Assembly: GCA_973851085.1 (NCBI GenBank)
Contig: OZ316775.1
Location: forward strand, 21,762,001 to 21,826,000
Direction of reading: 5' to 3'
DNA: 64,000 bases
Origin: Ptychomitrium polyphyllum
Lineage: Eukaryota
A program made the translations under genes and the position numbers. Shown here in pieces: positions 1-12,105 of the stretch. Position 1 is the first letter of the stretch. Every line of letters begins with the position of its first letter. The notes beneath the pieces were generated by a model. It was given only the letters and a program-made list of their open reading frames with translations. It had not been told where the DNA came from and did not search any database.

Positions 1-215
1 CAGTCTTACATTCTAGTTGAATAAATTGATGGTGGTTTAATTTTGACAGGTATGAAGCTTGGCTTAATGAACATTAGGTGTACAATACCAACTTGAGACG
101 TTGTAGATAATTGTGATGGACATTTACTTTTTGAATACTCCAACGAGGAGCTGTTTTGGTGGCACTGAAATTCCACATGGAACTTGCATTGGAATAGGTC
201 TTCAAAAATTTTCAG

Positions 216-435
216 GTATGTTTACTTTCGTATGCCTTGTGATCAAGTACTTCAAGTTCAATGATGACAATGATTGGAAATAATATGCTATGGTTATTAG
301 TCAATGAGCTTGTCATGCTAGTAAGTTTTCATTGTGTTCCGTGTTTTGATAAAGGCATAGATCCTTAGTATGCTACTAGAAATGTGTTTCTATGGTGTTA
401 CTATGTTGATTATATATTCTAGTTGCATATTGCAG
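216..435 (+). other. Possible 5'-UTR intron of the kinase-NLR gene
   Basis: CAG|GTATGT donor at 216, T-rich body and TTGCAG acceptor ending at 435, upstream of the ATG at 611. No transcript evidence. Confidence 0.4.
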
Positions 436-610
436 GGCTTTTGCTAAGATTGTTTGTACAAATCAATCTGGTGTAGAGTTAAAGCTTGCTTTTGGCTGAA
501 AGAAGTTTTGTGGGTATTATAGGAATTATTGAGCAATCTCACCTATTTCCCAACTTCATACTCGAGCAGACCTTGAACTGAAGGAACAAAGGTTATCATA
601 GTATTATGAA

Positions 611-3600
611 ATGATGGACTTTTTGCAATCAGCAATGGAGACTATGACAAAGGTTAAAACACTAATGAAACAAGGGGTAGTGTTGAATGAAAGGCAGTGT
701 TGGAATCTGTTGGGAAACTTTTTGAGTGGTCTCGAAGCAATTCAAAGCATCATTGGTGATTCTTGTACAAATGTGTTTGATGGAGCAAAAGCAGATTTGT
801 TTCGATTTGTAATTAAAGTGAGAGCCTGTATTGAAGAGTGTTGCAAGAAGGATTGGCTGAAGGCTGCAGTGATGCAAATGAATAATAAAGAAGCTTTCAG
901 AGAGCTTCTCATAGACTTGGATTGTTGTTTTGACACCATATGTGACATATGTCGATCCTATAACCCACGTCGAAGTGAAGAAATCATTGAGATAAGACGG
1001 TGTACCACCTTTTTCCCAACACACATTGATGAAGTTGAGGAAGACCTATTGTCCTTGTATAATAGGCTTGATTGTATTGAAAAGCAACCATCATATGTAA
1101 GTAAAGATGTTGAACTTGCACATTATCTTATGGGACGGATAAGGGGCCTTCAAAAGGCCAAGGGGGGTGGATTAGACATCATTGTTTACCCTGATGGTTA
1201 TCCTCATCCTGAATATGGAAGTCCACCTGTTCGATTGGGTGGGAGTGGAAATGTGGCGGTGTATGCAACAGATTGGTTGGGTTTGGAAAGTGCAACGAAG
1301 GTTATTCCGATCTACGGTGAATCTGATGAATGGAAGAAATCTATTTTCAAAGAAGCTGGCATTTTGGGAGGATTGAGTCATCCAAACATCATCAAGCTTT
1401 TTTGTTGTGGTTTTTCTGAAGATAGAAAGGGGTTTGAACTTGTCATGGAACGAGGAAAGATGACCCTATCCAAAATGTTGGAAGTGAGAGGCCCCCTTGT
1501 AGAAGAAATTGCAATGGACATTATGCTACAAATTGCAAGTGGGATGTGTTACATGCATGATATGAAGGTAGCACATCGTGACCTGAAGCCTGAGAATGTT
1601 GTTGTGAATCTAGTGGATATCCCGGAGGTCGTTGGCATGGCACATGTACATGTGAAGTTGCTTGATTTTGGTATTTCAAAAGGCGAAGTGAAGAACACTC
1701 TAGAAACGCCCACAGGAGGAAATATAGGTACTATTGGATATATGGCACCTGAGGCTATAATGAAGAATGCAGGTGACAAATCCTTGAAAGAAATTGATGC
1801 TTTGAAAGCTGATGTGTTTAGTTTTGGCATGATGTGTAGTGAGATTGTCTCAGGGACAAAACCTTTTGGTGGTGGTTGCCGTTTTCATGCGTATCAAACA
1901 AACATTGAGGTTGGTGAAAGGCCAGAGTTGCCAAAAGCTTGTTCACAAGAACTGAGATCGTTGATAAGCAAATGTTGGTCTTTGTTACCATCAAAGAGGC
2001 CTACATTTCTTGAGATTTATACAGAGTTGACAATATTGAAGAAGGCAATGCTCCAAGGTTGTTTGGAAGGTAGAGACCCTAAGCATGCTAAGCATGAAGA
2101 GTATACACCAGGGATTGGTATTGTCTTGGATCCCAAGCAGTGGTGGACACACCTGAAAGAGAATTGGCATAGTGGTTTATGGCAGTGTTTCTTCTTCCTT
2201 TGGCACTACTTTGCTGCCTTTATTAAATGCTTTTGGTTTTTGCCGCAAATGGGAAAATTCGATTCGAGCACCCTTGACCAAGCAAATTTTGGATCATCAA
2301 ATGAGGTATGTGTTCTTTTCAAATTATTATACAAATGTAGTAGTTGCCATGGTGTAGCATAATTTGTGACTTTGTATCATGATAGGTGTGAAGACATGAT
2401 TGTTCATGTGAATTGTTGTGTTACTCAAATGTGGGAGCTTTTGGAAATGTTGTAGGTTATTGACAAAACAAGATCTTGGAAGTTGATTGGTGTGGAAAAG
2501 AAAATCATTGAATTAGAAGGCAAGCTTCAAAATGTTGGTAGCTTGGGGATCATTGGGATGGGTGGAATTGGCAAGTCAACATTGGCAAAGGCCTTAAGTA
2601 GCCATATCTCCCACAAGTTTGAAGGAATATTCTTTGTAGATGAGTTGAAGGATGGAAAATGTAGACTCATTGTAAAGGATAAGTTGAAAGATTTGCAAGA
2701 GCGACCTCAAATACACTCTTTGAGAGTAGCACGAGGCATCCTAGCACATGTTCGGAAATCAAAAAAGATTCTCATTCTTGTGGATGATGTTGGAATTGAT
2801 TGTGGATTGCATGACCTATTGGGCGTTGATAGGTTTGAAGATGGTGATGGTAGTAAACTAATAGCAACCAGTCGCACTTGGAGGTCCTTGGAAAAACATG
2901 TGCCAGGGCATGGCAAAGTGGATATGGTAACCCTTGATGGAGTCCAATCTATGGAATTATTTTCTATGCATGCCTTTGCAACAAAGCAGTCTTGTTTATC
3001 GTATTTGGAAGATGTGGTTAAGAAGATTGTTGGTGCTTGTGACGGACTCCCATTGAGTTTGGAAGTGATGGGCACTTACTTGCATGGAAACCAACGACTA
3101 AGAATATGGGAGCGAACTTTGCACAGGCTGATGCGAGCAAGAGATGATGGAAGTGGAGATGAAAAAATTTGGAAGACATTGAAAATTAGCTTTGATGATC
3201 TTAATGATGATGAGAAGAACATGTTTTTGGATGTTGCTCACTTCTTTTGTGATGATTCTTACCCTGGTTGGATATCTGAAGGAGAACTACTACGCATTTT
3301 GGACGATGATGTTAGAATTTCCAAACAAGCCCTTGACAATCTCAAGGACAAATCATTATTGAAAGTAGATAATGATGGAGATGTGACCATGCACGCTCAG
3401 CTGCGTGATATGGGTCGTATGCTTGCAGAGACTGAATATGGAGGCTCTCGAGATCGAGAATCATGTTTGGCTACATTCAATGATTGTAATCGAATGGTAA
3501 GATTCACATTATTGGCTTGTTAAATGTTATGCTTTTCACATGTATGAATTTGCATATTAATATATATTTGTATATTAATAATTTGTATATTAATAAATGA

Positions 3601-6600
3601 TTACTTATATCAAATTTGTGTATGTGTGTGTTTAGGGTTTGGAGTTAATCCAAGGCTTATCTTTCACAAAGTCAAAACAAAACTTGGAGTATCAAAAAAA
3701 TTTGAAAGTAGATACTATAAAGTTTGAAGACCTTCGCTTGCTGATTTTTCACCATTGTGAGGATTTTGACATTGTTTCAACTCTTGTAGGCCGAACTTTC
3801 AAACTTCGATACTTAAACATGCACTTTTCAAGTGAAGATCATGTGATTAAAATCCAAAAATACAATATTAACACGTTTTGGAGCATTCTTAAACATAAGA
3901 GTCTTGGTCAAATGCGTGTACTTCATCTTGACAATTGTAGTTTCCTTGAATCGTTTCCAAATGATTCATTTAAATCAATACCTTTGAGAGATCTACATCT
4001 ATGGAATTGTACAAGCTTGCTAGAGCTTACAACAAACTTGTACACCATGAAATTCTTGGTTGTCCTATACCTTGTGAATTGCCCTCTCTTAGAAGAAATT
4101 CCTAAAGGATTGGAAAATCTTATGACTTTAAACGAACTCATGATTATCAAGTGTATTAGTCTAAAAGGCATACCGGATGGATTTGGTAGCTTGATTAACT
4201 TGAAGAAGCTAGACATGTGGGAATGTGAGGCTTTGGAGGAATTCCCAACTGGATTGGAGAATTTGGTTGCATTAGAGGAACTGAGTTTTTCAAAGTGCAA
4301 GAAATTGAAGGCATTGCCGGAGGGATTTGGAAGCTTGACATGCTTGAAGAAGCTGGTGATGCAAGACTGTGAGGCTTTGGAGGAGTTTCCAAGCGGATTG
4401 GAGAATTTGGTTGCATTAGAGGAGCTGAATTTTTCAATGTGCAAGAAATTGAAGGCATTGCCGGAGGGATTTGGAAGCTTGACATGCTTGAAGAAGCTAG
4501 ACATGTGGGAATGTGAGGCTTTGGAAGAGTTTCCAAGCGGATTGGAGAATTTGGTTGCATTAGAGGAGCTGAATTTTTCAAAGTGCAAGAAATTGAAGGC
4601 ATTGCCGGAGGGATTTGGAAGCTTGACATGCTTGAAGAAACTAGACATGTGGGAATGTGAGGCTTTGGAGGAATTCCCAACTGGATTGGAGAATTTGGTT
4701 GCATTAGAGGAGCTGAATTTTTCAAAGTGCAAGAAATTGAAGGCATTGCCGGAGGGATTTGGAAGCTTGACATGCTTGAAGAAGCTAGACATGTGGGAAT
4801 GTGAGGCTTTGGAAGAGTTTCCAAGCGGATTGGAGAATTTGGTTGCATTAGAGGAGCTGAATTTTTCAATGTGCAAGAAATTGAAGGCATTGCCGGAGGG
4901 ATTTGGAAGCTTGACATGCTTGAAGAAGCTGGTGATGCAAGACTGTGAGGCTTTGGAGGAGTTTCCAAGCGGATTGGAGAATTTGGTTGCATTAGAGGAG
5001 CTGAATTTTTCAATGTGCAAGAAATTGAAGGCATTGCCGGAGGGATTTGGAAGCTTGACATGCTTGAAGAAGCTACACATGTGGGAATGTGAGGCTTTGG
5101 AAGAGTTTCCAAGCGGATTGGAGAATTTGGTTGCATTAAAGGAGCTGAGTTTTTCAAGGTGCAAGAAATTGAAGGCATTGCCGGAGGGATTTGGAAGCTT
5201 GACATGCTTGAAGAAGCTGGTGATGCAAGACTGTGAGGCTTTGGAGGAGTTTCCAAGCGGATTGGAGAATTTGGTTGCATTAGAGGAGCTGAATTTTTCA
5301 AAGTGCAAGAAATTGAAGGCATTGCCGGAGGGATTTGGAAGCTTGACATGCTTGAAGAAGCTAGACATGTGGGAATGTGAGGCTTTGGAGGAGTTTCCAA
5401 GCGGATTGGAGAATTTGGTTGCATTAGAGGAGCTGAATTTTTCAAAGTGCAAGAAATTGAAGGCATTGCCGGAGGGATTTGGAAGCTTGACATGCTTGAA
5501 GAAGCTAGACATGTGGGAATTTGAGGCTTTGGAGGAGTTTCCAAGCGGATTGGAGAATTTGGTTACATTAGAGGAGCTGAATTTTTCAAAGTGCAAGAAA
5601 TTGAAGGCATTGCCGGAGGGATTTGGAAGCTTGACATGCTTGAAGAAGCTGGTGATGCAAGACTGTGAGGCTTTGGAGGAGTTTCCAAGCGGATTGGAGA
5701 ATTTGGTTGCATTAGAGGAGCTGAATTTTTCAATGTGCAAGAAATTGAAGGCATTGCCGGAGGGATTTGGAAGCTTGACATGCTTGAAGAAGCTAGACAT
5801 GTGGGAATGTGAGGCTTTGGAGGAGTTTCCAAGCGAATTGGAGAATTTGGTTGCATTAGAGGAGTTGAATTTTTCAAAGTGCAAGAAATTGAAGGCATTG
5901 CCGGAGGGATTTGGAAGCTTGACATGCTTGAAGAAGCTAGACATGTGGGAATGTGAGGCTTTGGAGGAGTTTCCAAGCGGATTGGAGAATTTGGTTGCAT
6001 TAGAGGAGCTGAATTTTTCAAAGTGCAAGAAATTGAAGGCATTGCCGGAGGGATTTGGAAGCTTGACATGCTTGAAGAAGCTGGTGATGCAAGACTGTGA
6101 GGCTTTGGAGGAGTTTCCAAGCGGATTGGAGAATTTGGTTGCATTAGAGGAGCTGAATTTTTCAAAGTGCAAGAAATTGAAGGCATTGCCGGAGGGATTT
6201 GGAAGCTTGACATGCTTGAAGAAGCTAGACATGTGGGAATGTGAGGCTTTGGAAGAGTTTCCAAGCGGATTGGAGAATTTGGTTGCATTAGAGGAGCTGA
6301 ATTTTTCAAAGTGCAAGAAATTGAAGGCATTGCCGGAGGGATTTGGAAGCTTGACATGCTTGAAGAAGCTGGTGATGCAAGACTGTGAGGCTTTGGAGGA
6401 GTTTCCAAGCGGATTGGAGAATTTGGTTGCATTAGAGGAGCTGAATTTTTCAATGTGCAAGAAATTGAAGGCATTGCCGGAGGGATTTGGAAGCTTGACA
6501 TGCTTGAAGAAGCTAGACATGTGGGAATGTGAGGCTTTGGAAGAGTTTCCAAGCGGATTGGAGAATTTGGTTGCATTAGAGGAGCTGAATTTTTCAAAGT

Positions 6601-8108
6601 GCAAGAAATTGAAGGCATTGCCGGAGGGATTTGGAAGCTTGACATGCTTGAAGAAACTAGACATGTGGGAATGTGAGGCTTTGGAGGAATTCCCAACTGG
6701 ATTGGAGAATTTGGTTGCATTAGAGGAGCTGAATTTTTCAAAGTGCAAGAAATTGAAGGCATTGCCGGAGGGATTTGGAAGCTTGACATGCTTGAAGAAG
6801 CTAGACATGTGGGAATGTGAGGCTTTGGAAGAGTTTCCAAGCGGATTGGAGAATTTGGTTGCATTAGAGGAGCTGAATTTTTCAATGTGCAAGAAATTGA
6901 AGGCATTACCGGAGGGATTTGGAAGCTTGACATGCTTGAAGAAGCTGGTGATGCAAGACTGTGAGGCTTTGGAGGAGTTTCCAAGCGGATTGGAGAATTT
7001 GGTTGCATTAGAGGAGCTGAATTTTTCAATGTGCAAGAAATTGAAGGCATTGCCGGAGGGATTTGGAAGCTTGACATGCTTGAAGAAGCTAGACATGTGG
7101 GAATGTGAGGCTTTGGAAGAGTTTCCAAGCGGATTGGAGAATTTGGTTGCATTAGAGGAGCTGAATTTTTCAAAGTGCAAGAAATTGAAGGCATTGCCGG
7201 AGGGATTTGGAAGCTTGACATGCTTGAAGAAACTAGACATGTGGGAATGTGAGGCTTTGGAGGAATTCCCAACTGGATTGGAGAATTTGGTTGCATTAGA
7301 GGAGCTGAATTTTTCAAAGTGCAAGAAATTGAAGGCATTGCCGGAGGGATTTGGAAGCTTGACATGCTTGAAGAAGCTAGACATGTGGGAATGTGAGGCT
7401 TTGGAAGAGTTTCCAAGCGGATTGGAGAATTTGGTTGCATTAGAGGAGCTGAATTTTTCAATGTGCAAGAAATTGAAGGCATTGCCGGAGGGATTTGGAA
7501 GCTTGACATGCTTGAAGAAGCTGGTGATGCAAGACTGTGAGGCTTTGGAGGAGTTTCCAAGCGGATTGGAGAATTTGGTTGCATTAGAGGAGCTGAATTT
7601 TTCAATGTGCAAGAAATTGAAGGCATTGCCGGAGGGATTTGGAAGCTTGACATGCTTGAAGAAGCTAGACATGTGGGAATGTGAGGCTTTGGAAGAGTTT
7701 CCAAGCGGATTGGAGAATTTGGTTGCATTAAAGGAGCTGAGTTTTTCAAGGTGCAAGAAATTGAAGGCATTGCCGGAGGGATTTGGAAGCTTGACATGCT
7801 TGAAGAAGCTGGTGATGCAAGACTGTGAGGCTGTGGAGGAATTTCCAACTGGATTGGAGAATTTGGTTGCATTAGAGGAGCTGAATTTTTCAATGTGCAA
7901 GAAATTGAAGGCATTGCCGGAGGGATTTGGAAGCTTGACATGCTTGAAGAAGCTAGACATGTGGGAATGTGAGGCTTTGGAAGAGTTTCCAAGCGGATTG
8001 GAGAATTTGGTTGCATTGGAAGAATTGAATTTTTCAAAGTGCAAGAAATTGAAGGCATTGCCAGAGAAATTTGGAAGCTTAATATATTTGAAGAAGTTGA
8101 AGATGTAG
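611..8108 (+). CDS. Protein kinase-NB-ARC-LRR immune receptor (kinase-NLR / PNL class), ~2402 aa
   Basis: Exons 611-2305, 2456-3496 and 3636-8108 are joined in frame by two phase-0 GT-AG introns (GAG|GTATGT...TGTAG|GTT and ATG|GTAAGA...TTTAG|GGT). Kinase motifs: HRDLKPEN, DFG, GTIGYMAPE, DVFSFG. NB-ARC motifs: GMGGIGKST (P-loop), ILILVDDV (kinase-2), GSKLIATSR (RNBS-B), GLPLSL, MHA (MHD position). These are followed by LxxLxLxxC repeats. Confidence 0.9.
4200..8087 (+). repeat. Coding tandem array: 27 x 144 bp (48 aa = two 24-aa LRRs per unit)
   Basis: Unit LKKL(D/V)M(W/Q)(E/D)CEALEEFP(S/T)GLENLVALEELNFS(K/M)CKKLKALPEGFGSLTC recurs with an exact 144-nt period from 4200. Units are nearly identical at the DNA level. 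Confidence 0.97.
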
Positions 8109-8545
8109 GAGTGTGAGGCTTTGGAGGAATTTCCAAGCGGATTGGAGAATTTGGTTGCATTGGAAGAATTGGATTTCTCGAAGTGCAAGAAATTGAAGGT
8201 GTTGCCGGAGGGATTTGGAAGCTTAACGTGTTTGAAAAAGTTGAAGATGCAAGAATGTGAGGCTTTGGAGGAATTTCCTAGCAGTTTGCAAAATTTGGTT
8301 GCATTGAAGGAATTGAATTTCTCAAAGTAAAGGAAATTGAAGGTATTGTCGGAGGGATTTGAAAACTTACTATGCTTGAAGGAACTAAACATGAAAGAAT
8401 ATGAGGATTTTGAAGAGTTTCCAAGGGGATTAGGGAATTTGGTTGTATTAGAGTAATTGAGTATGTGCAAATTTTAGATATAAAAAAGGTTACTCGAGGT
8501 GTTTGGAAGCTTATTGTTCTTGAAGAATTTGAAGATGTGAAATTG
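8088..8545 (+). repeat. About three degenerate LRR units spanning and beyond the stop codon
   Basis: The 144-nt register continues, with in-frame stops TAG 8106, TAA 8328, TAA 8454 and TGA 8538 and rising divergence. Confidence 0.85.
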
Positions 8546-11502
8546 TGAAGCTTTAGTGGAGCATTGAATTTGTCAACTTTGTATTTTTATATTGGTATTA
8601 TAGTATGAAGATTTATTAAATTGAATTGAAGAAGGTGTAATGAAATTAACAAGCTTCCATATGTTTTTTTTTTGCTATATATATATTTTCTAATAATTTT
8701 TATATGAGCATATATTCTTGTATTAAAATCATTATGCGTTGTATTCAAAGTTAATAAAAGAATTTTGATTATTCCAAATGTAAAATTGTAGAGTTGTATT
8801 TAGCCTCATAATATATCCATCTTATAGCAATATTGCAAAGTTTATAATTTTGAAGTTTAGGCTTTAAAATGAATAATTTAAGTACAAAGAAGTACTTTTA
8901 GATTCTTACTCTATGTCGTAAAGAAAAGATATAATAGAAGAAGATACTTCATTTATGACAATTCTCATACAATTTTTATTATTATAATTATTTATCTTCT
9001 TTGTTAATGTAGCTAGAAGCTTAAATACAAACCACCAACATAAATGTCTTAATTTGCACTTTGTAGCTTATGTTTACTTGTTAAAATTTGTACTCATTGA
9101 TCAATTTCATAAGATGTTTTTATTGGATCTGCTTCTAGGATTTTATATGGTTCTATTTGCACTAAATAAATACTAGTGTAATGATGGTCTCACAATAAGT
9201 CTTGAAGATAATTCATGCTTTTCTAGTGAAGGTTAATTACATTCAAAGAAGTGATTTTTATCTGCCCAAAAGACCGTACCAAGAACCATGCCTAAAACCA
9301 AGCATGTGCACAAAACTATACAATAGTAATGTTATTCTTCCATTTAAAGATATCTTGAAACACAATCATAGTTCCTACACTGTTACAGTAGATATTTTTT
9401 TGAATATTGATGATTTTTTCATGACAAGGACAATCATCATAAATATCATGAAAGGATCTAGTATTCAATCCCACCAAGTCGAGAATTACGCAAATCTTAG
9501 AATCATTTGGATTATTACCATTCTCCAGCCAAAAACTAATCAGATATAGCCTTCACTATTATTTTGACTATTGAATATTTCAATTTTTGGTGTATTTTTC
9601 ATGTGTGTTGACCAAAGAGTTCATATGCCTATTGATGAAGTATTGCTAAAAGATGAACAATGCTTGGAGAAAGTGAGGATCTTGATGCGGAATTTTGTAT
9701 GCTTAGTGACATTAGATTCCATCATCTACATTCAAGTCTTTTATGTTAAAACTCTATTTTATTATATAATAAGTGAAATCTTAAAGTGGATCTTCAACTA
9801 ACATTAAAGTACTTCAAAACTTCCACATTACTAGTCAACATCCAAACATCCTTCATGAAAACTCTCTTAGACAATCCACACCACTCACCAAATCCAATCA
9901 TAAGGAAAACATCACTTACAAAAATTCCATAAGTAATATATGACCTTATTAAATCATTGTAAACACAAATCACTGTAGAAACAAGGCACTATGCACATAT
10001 ACAAAGACAAGATTAGAATAGTTGGAGTCCTCATCAAAGACTTAGATTTTAAGATTACAATTTGAACATCTCTAAAATATTTGAAAGTATTGAATAATAT
10101 CTATCCCATTTCAAAATTTGCCAAAAACATACTTTTATAATTACAACAAAATAATGCAACATAGAGGAAGGAAAATTGTGCTTGGCTAATATAATTTTTA
10201 AATAGGACATTAAATTTAGAAACCACCTCTTTACTCCACTTGACTGAGAATACCCAATCAATCACATGCCACCAGTACAAGCAAACAAGCACTAAAATAA
10301 AAATTTTGTGACAATGTTTGATGTTTTTGATGAAAGTTGCTGCCAATGCGAGCCTTTGGCTCAATATGAACGTAAACACTACTTCAAACTCCAGTTTCTC
10401 CATTGTCACTTCACAGTATAAGCATGTCCTTGCACAATGTCTACTGTATATAGTATCTATGAACTAATGAAGTAAAAGGTTAGATGCAAGATTTTTTCCT
10501 TAAAATTTTTAGCTTTTATGTTAGCTTCAACAGCCTACTTAGATTAGTAGGTAAAAAGTTGAAAACCACTAGGCGACAAAATTGTTTAGAATCATTGTCA
10601 TGACACTTTCTCCTTATCATTGAATTCTTTAAATATTTCTTCTTTAGCATGTGCATTTTTCCTTACTTTGTGTCATATGCTAAGTTGAAATGGGTTTATG
10701 GTTGGAGAGAGATATTTGAAGAAGAAGCTTGTTAAAAAATAATTATTGCAAAACGAGTACAAAATGACAAGCGGACACTACAATAATAACCACAAGTACC
10801 AAAATAATGAAGTGCTATAAGCAGAACCTGCAAGACTAGGAGTAGGATGGAGCGGAGGTGTGAAGGAAGAGATACACCAATTATAGCATGAAGTGAAATG
10901 TCATGACAACAATGCGGTTGACCAAGGAGATTATCAATAAATGGCAAATAAGGGCGCAATCTCAACCAGCAGGATGAAATTTTGATTGATTGTAGAGAAG
11001 CTTGGGAAGAATTAGCAAGAATAAGAGCATTATCAAAAACCAAAAGGATGCAAAGCACCAATTAACCGAATGGAATTCCATTAGGAGCACAAAGATGAAT
11101 TTCTCCTAAAGAAGTCATTCCTTATATTTGAATATTAGTCAAGTTTCATCTTAATGAGTTATGTGTTCCATTTTTTTACACGCTGTCTCAAGTAAATCCT
11201 AATCTACTTATATTTCATAGATCTTCAACTTCTACAATCTAAAACCTCTACAATCTAAAATCTCTACAACCCAAAATTGGCTATTGTTATGGAAATTAAC
11301 TGTACATACAAATAGCTTAGGTATTTCATTGACTTAGATGTTCTTTGTGATGCACAAGTGAAAATTTTATTTGAATTATATAATGAAAGAAAATTGGAAA
11401 AGCCAAGACACTTATTACAAATAAACATAACTATATTCACATTGTACTATAATCTTGTGTAATAAAATAAACCTCTACTAGTTGGAAATATTTATTAGCT
11501 TA

Positions 11503-12105
11503 TGTTAGAGACACGAGAAAAAAGAAGTAGAAACAAAGTGTTTCCTAAGAATTAGCTTCCAAACAGCTAATGATTAACAAGAACTTGATACAAAGACTAG
11601 AACAAGGCAAGATTCAAGATGATCCACAACTTGTGTTGGCAAGACTAAGGAATACCTTATCTTGCCTCCTATTTATATTATGACGTTTGTATCTTCTAGG
11701 ATACTTTTAAAGAAGCTTTCTACAAGGCTTAAGAATGTTTAGGAAGTCTAGGGAACCTTCCAAGGAAATTTCCTAAGATGTTGGAACCTTCCTAAGAAGC
11801 TTCCAAGGAGTTGGAACCTTCCTTGGAAGTTTCCCAAGGTAGTGGAACCTTCTTAGGAAGTTTCCTAAAGAGGTAGAACCTTCCTAGGAAGTTTCCTAAG
11901 GTAATGAAATCTTTGTAGGAAGTTACCTAAGATGATAGAACTTTTTTAGGAAGTTTCCTCAAGTAGAGGAACTTTCCTTGGAAGCTTCTTAAGAACATGG
12001 AAAAGACTATGGAGACATCTAAAAGTATTTTAAGAAGCTATTATGGTATACTAGAAGGTTGTAGAATGTTCTAAGGATTATGTTGCATGATCTATGTCCG
12101 TGACA
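11503..12105 (-). repeat. 3' LTR (left arm), 603 bp
   Basis: TGTTAG...GTGACA termini. The adjacent TCACCTCCCC is a polypurine tract on the minus strand. Confidence 0.92.

Noticed and set aside
4200..8087. CRISPR-like or non-coding satellite interpretation of the array
   Set aside because: There are no unique spacers, and the units are in-frame LRR codons in a spliced eukaryotic gene.
3923..8470. Very long antisense ORFs (1515, 865 and 449 aa) over the LRR array
   Set aside because: A stop-free 144-bp unit repeated in tandem automatically gives long ORFs in other frames; the products are low-complexity shadows of the LRR.
9200..11100. Short ORFs downstream of the NLR as genes or TE proteins
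   Set aside because: No recognisable motifs; probably decayed sequence. Needs BLASTx.
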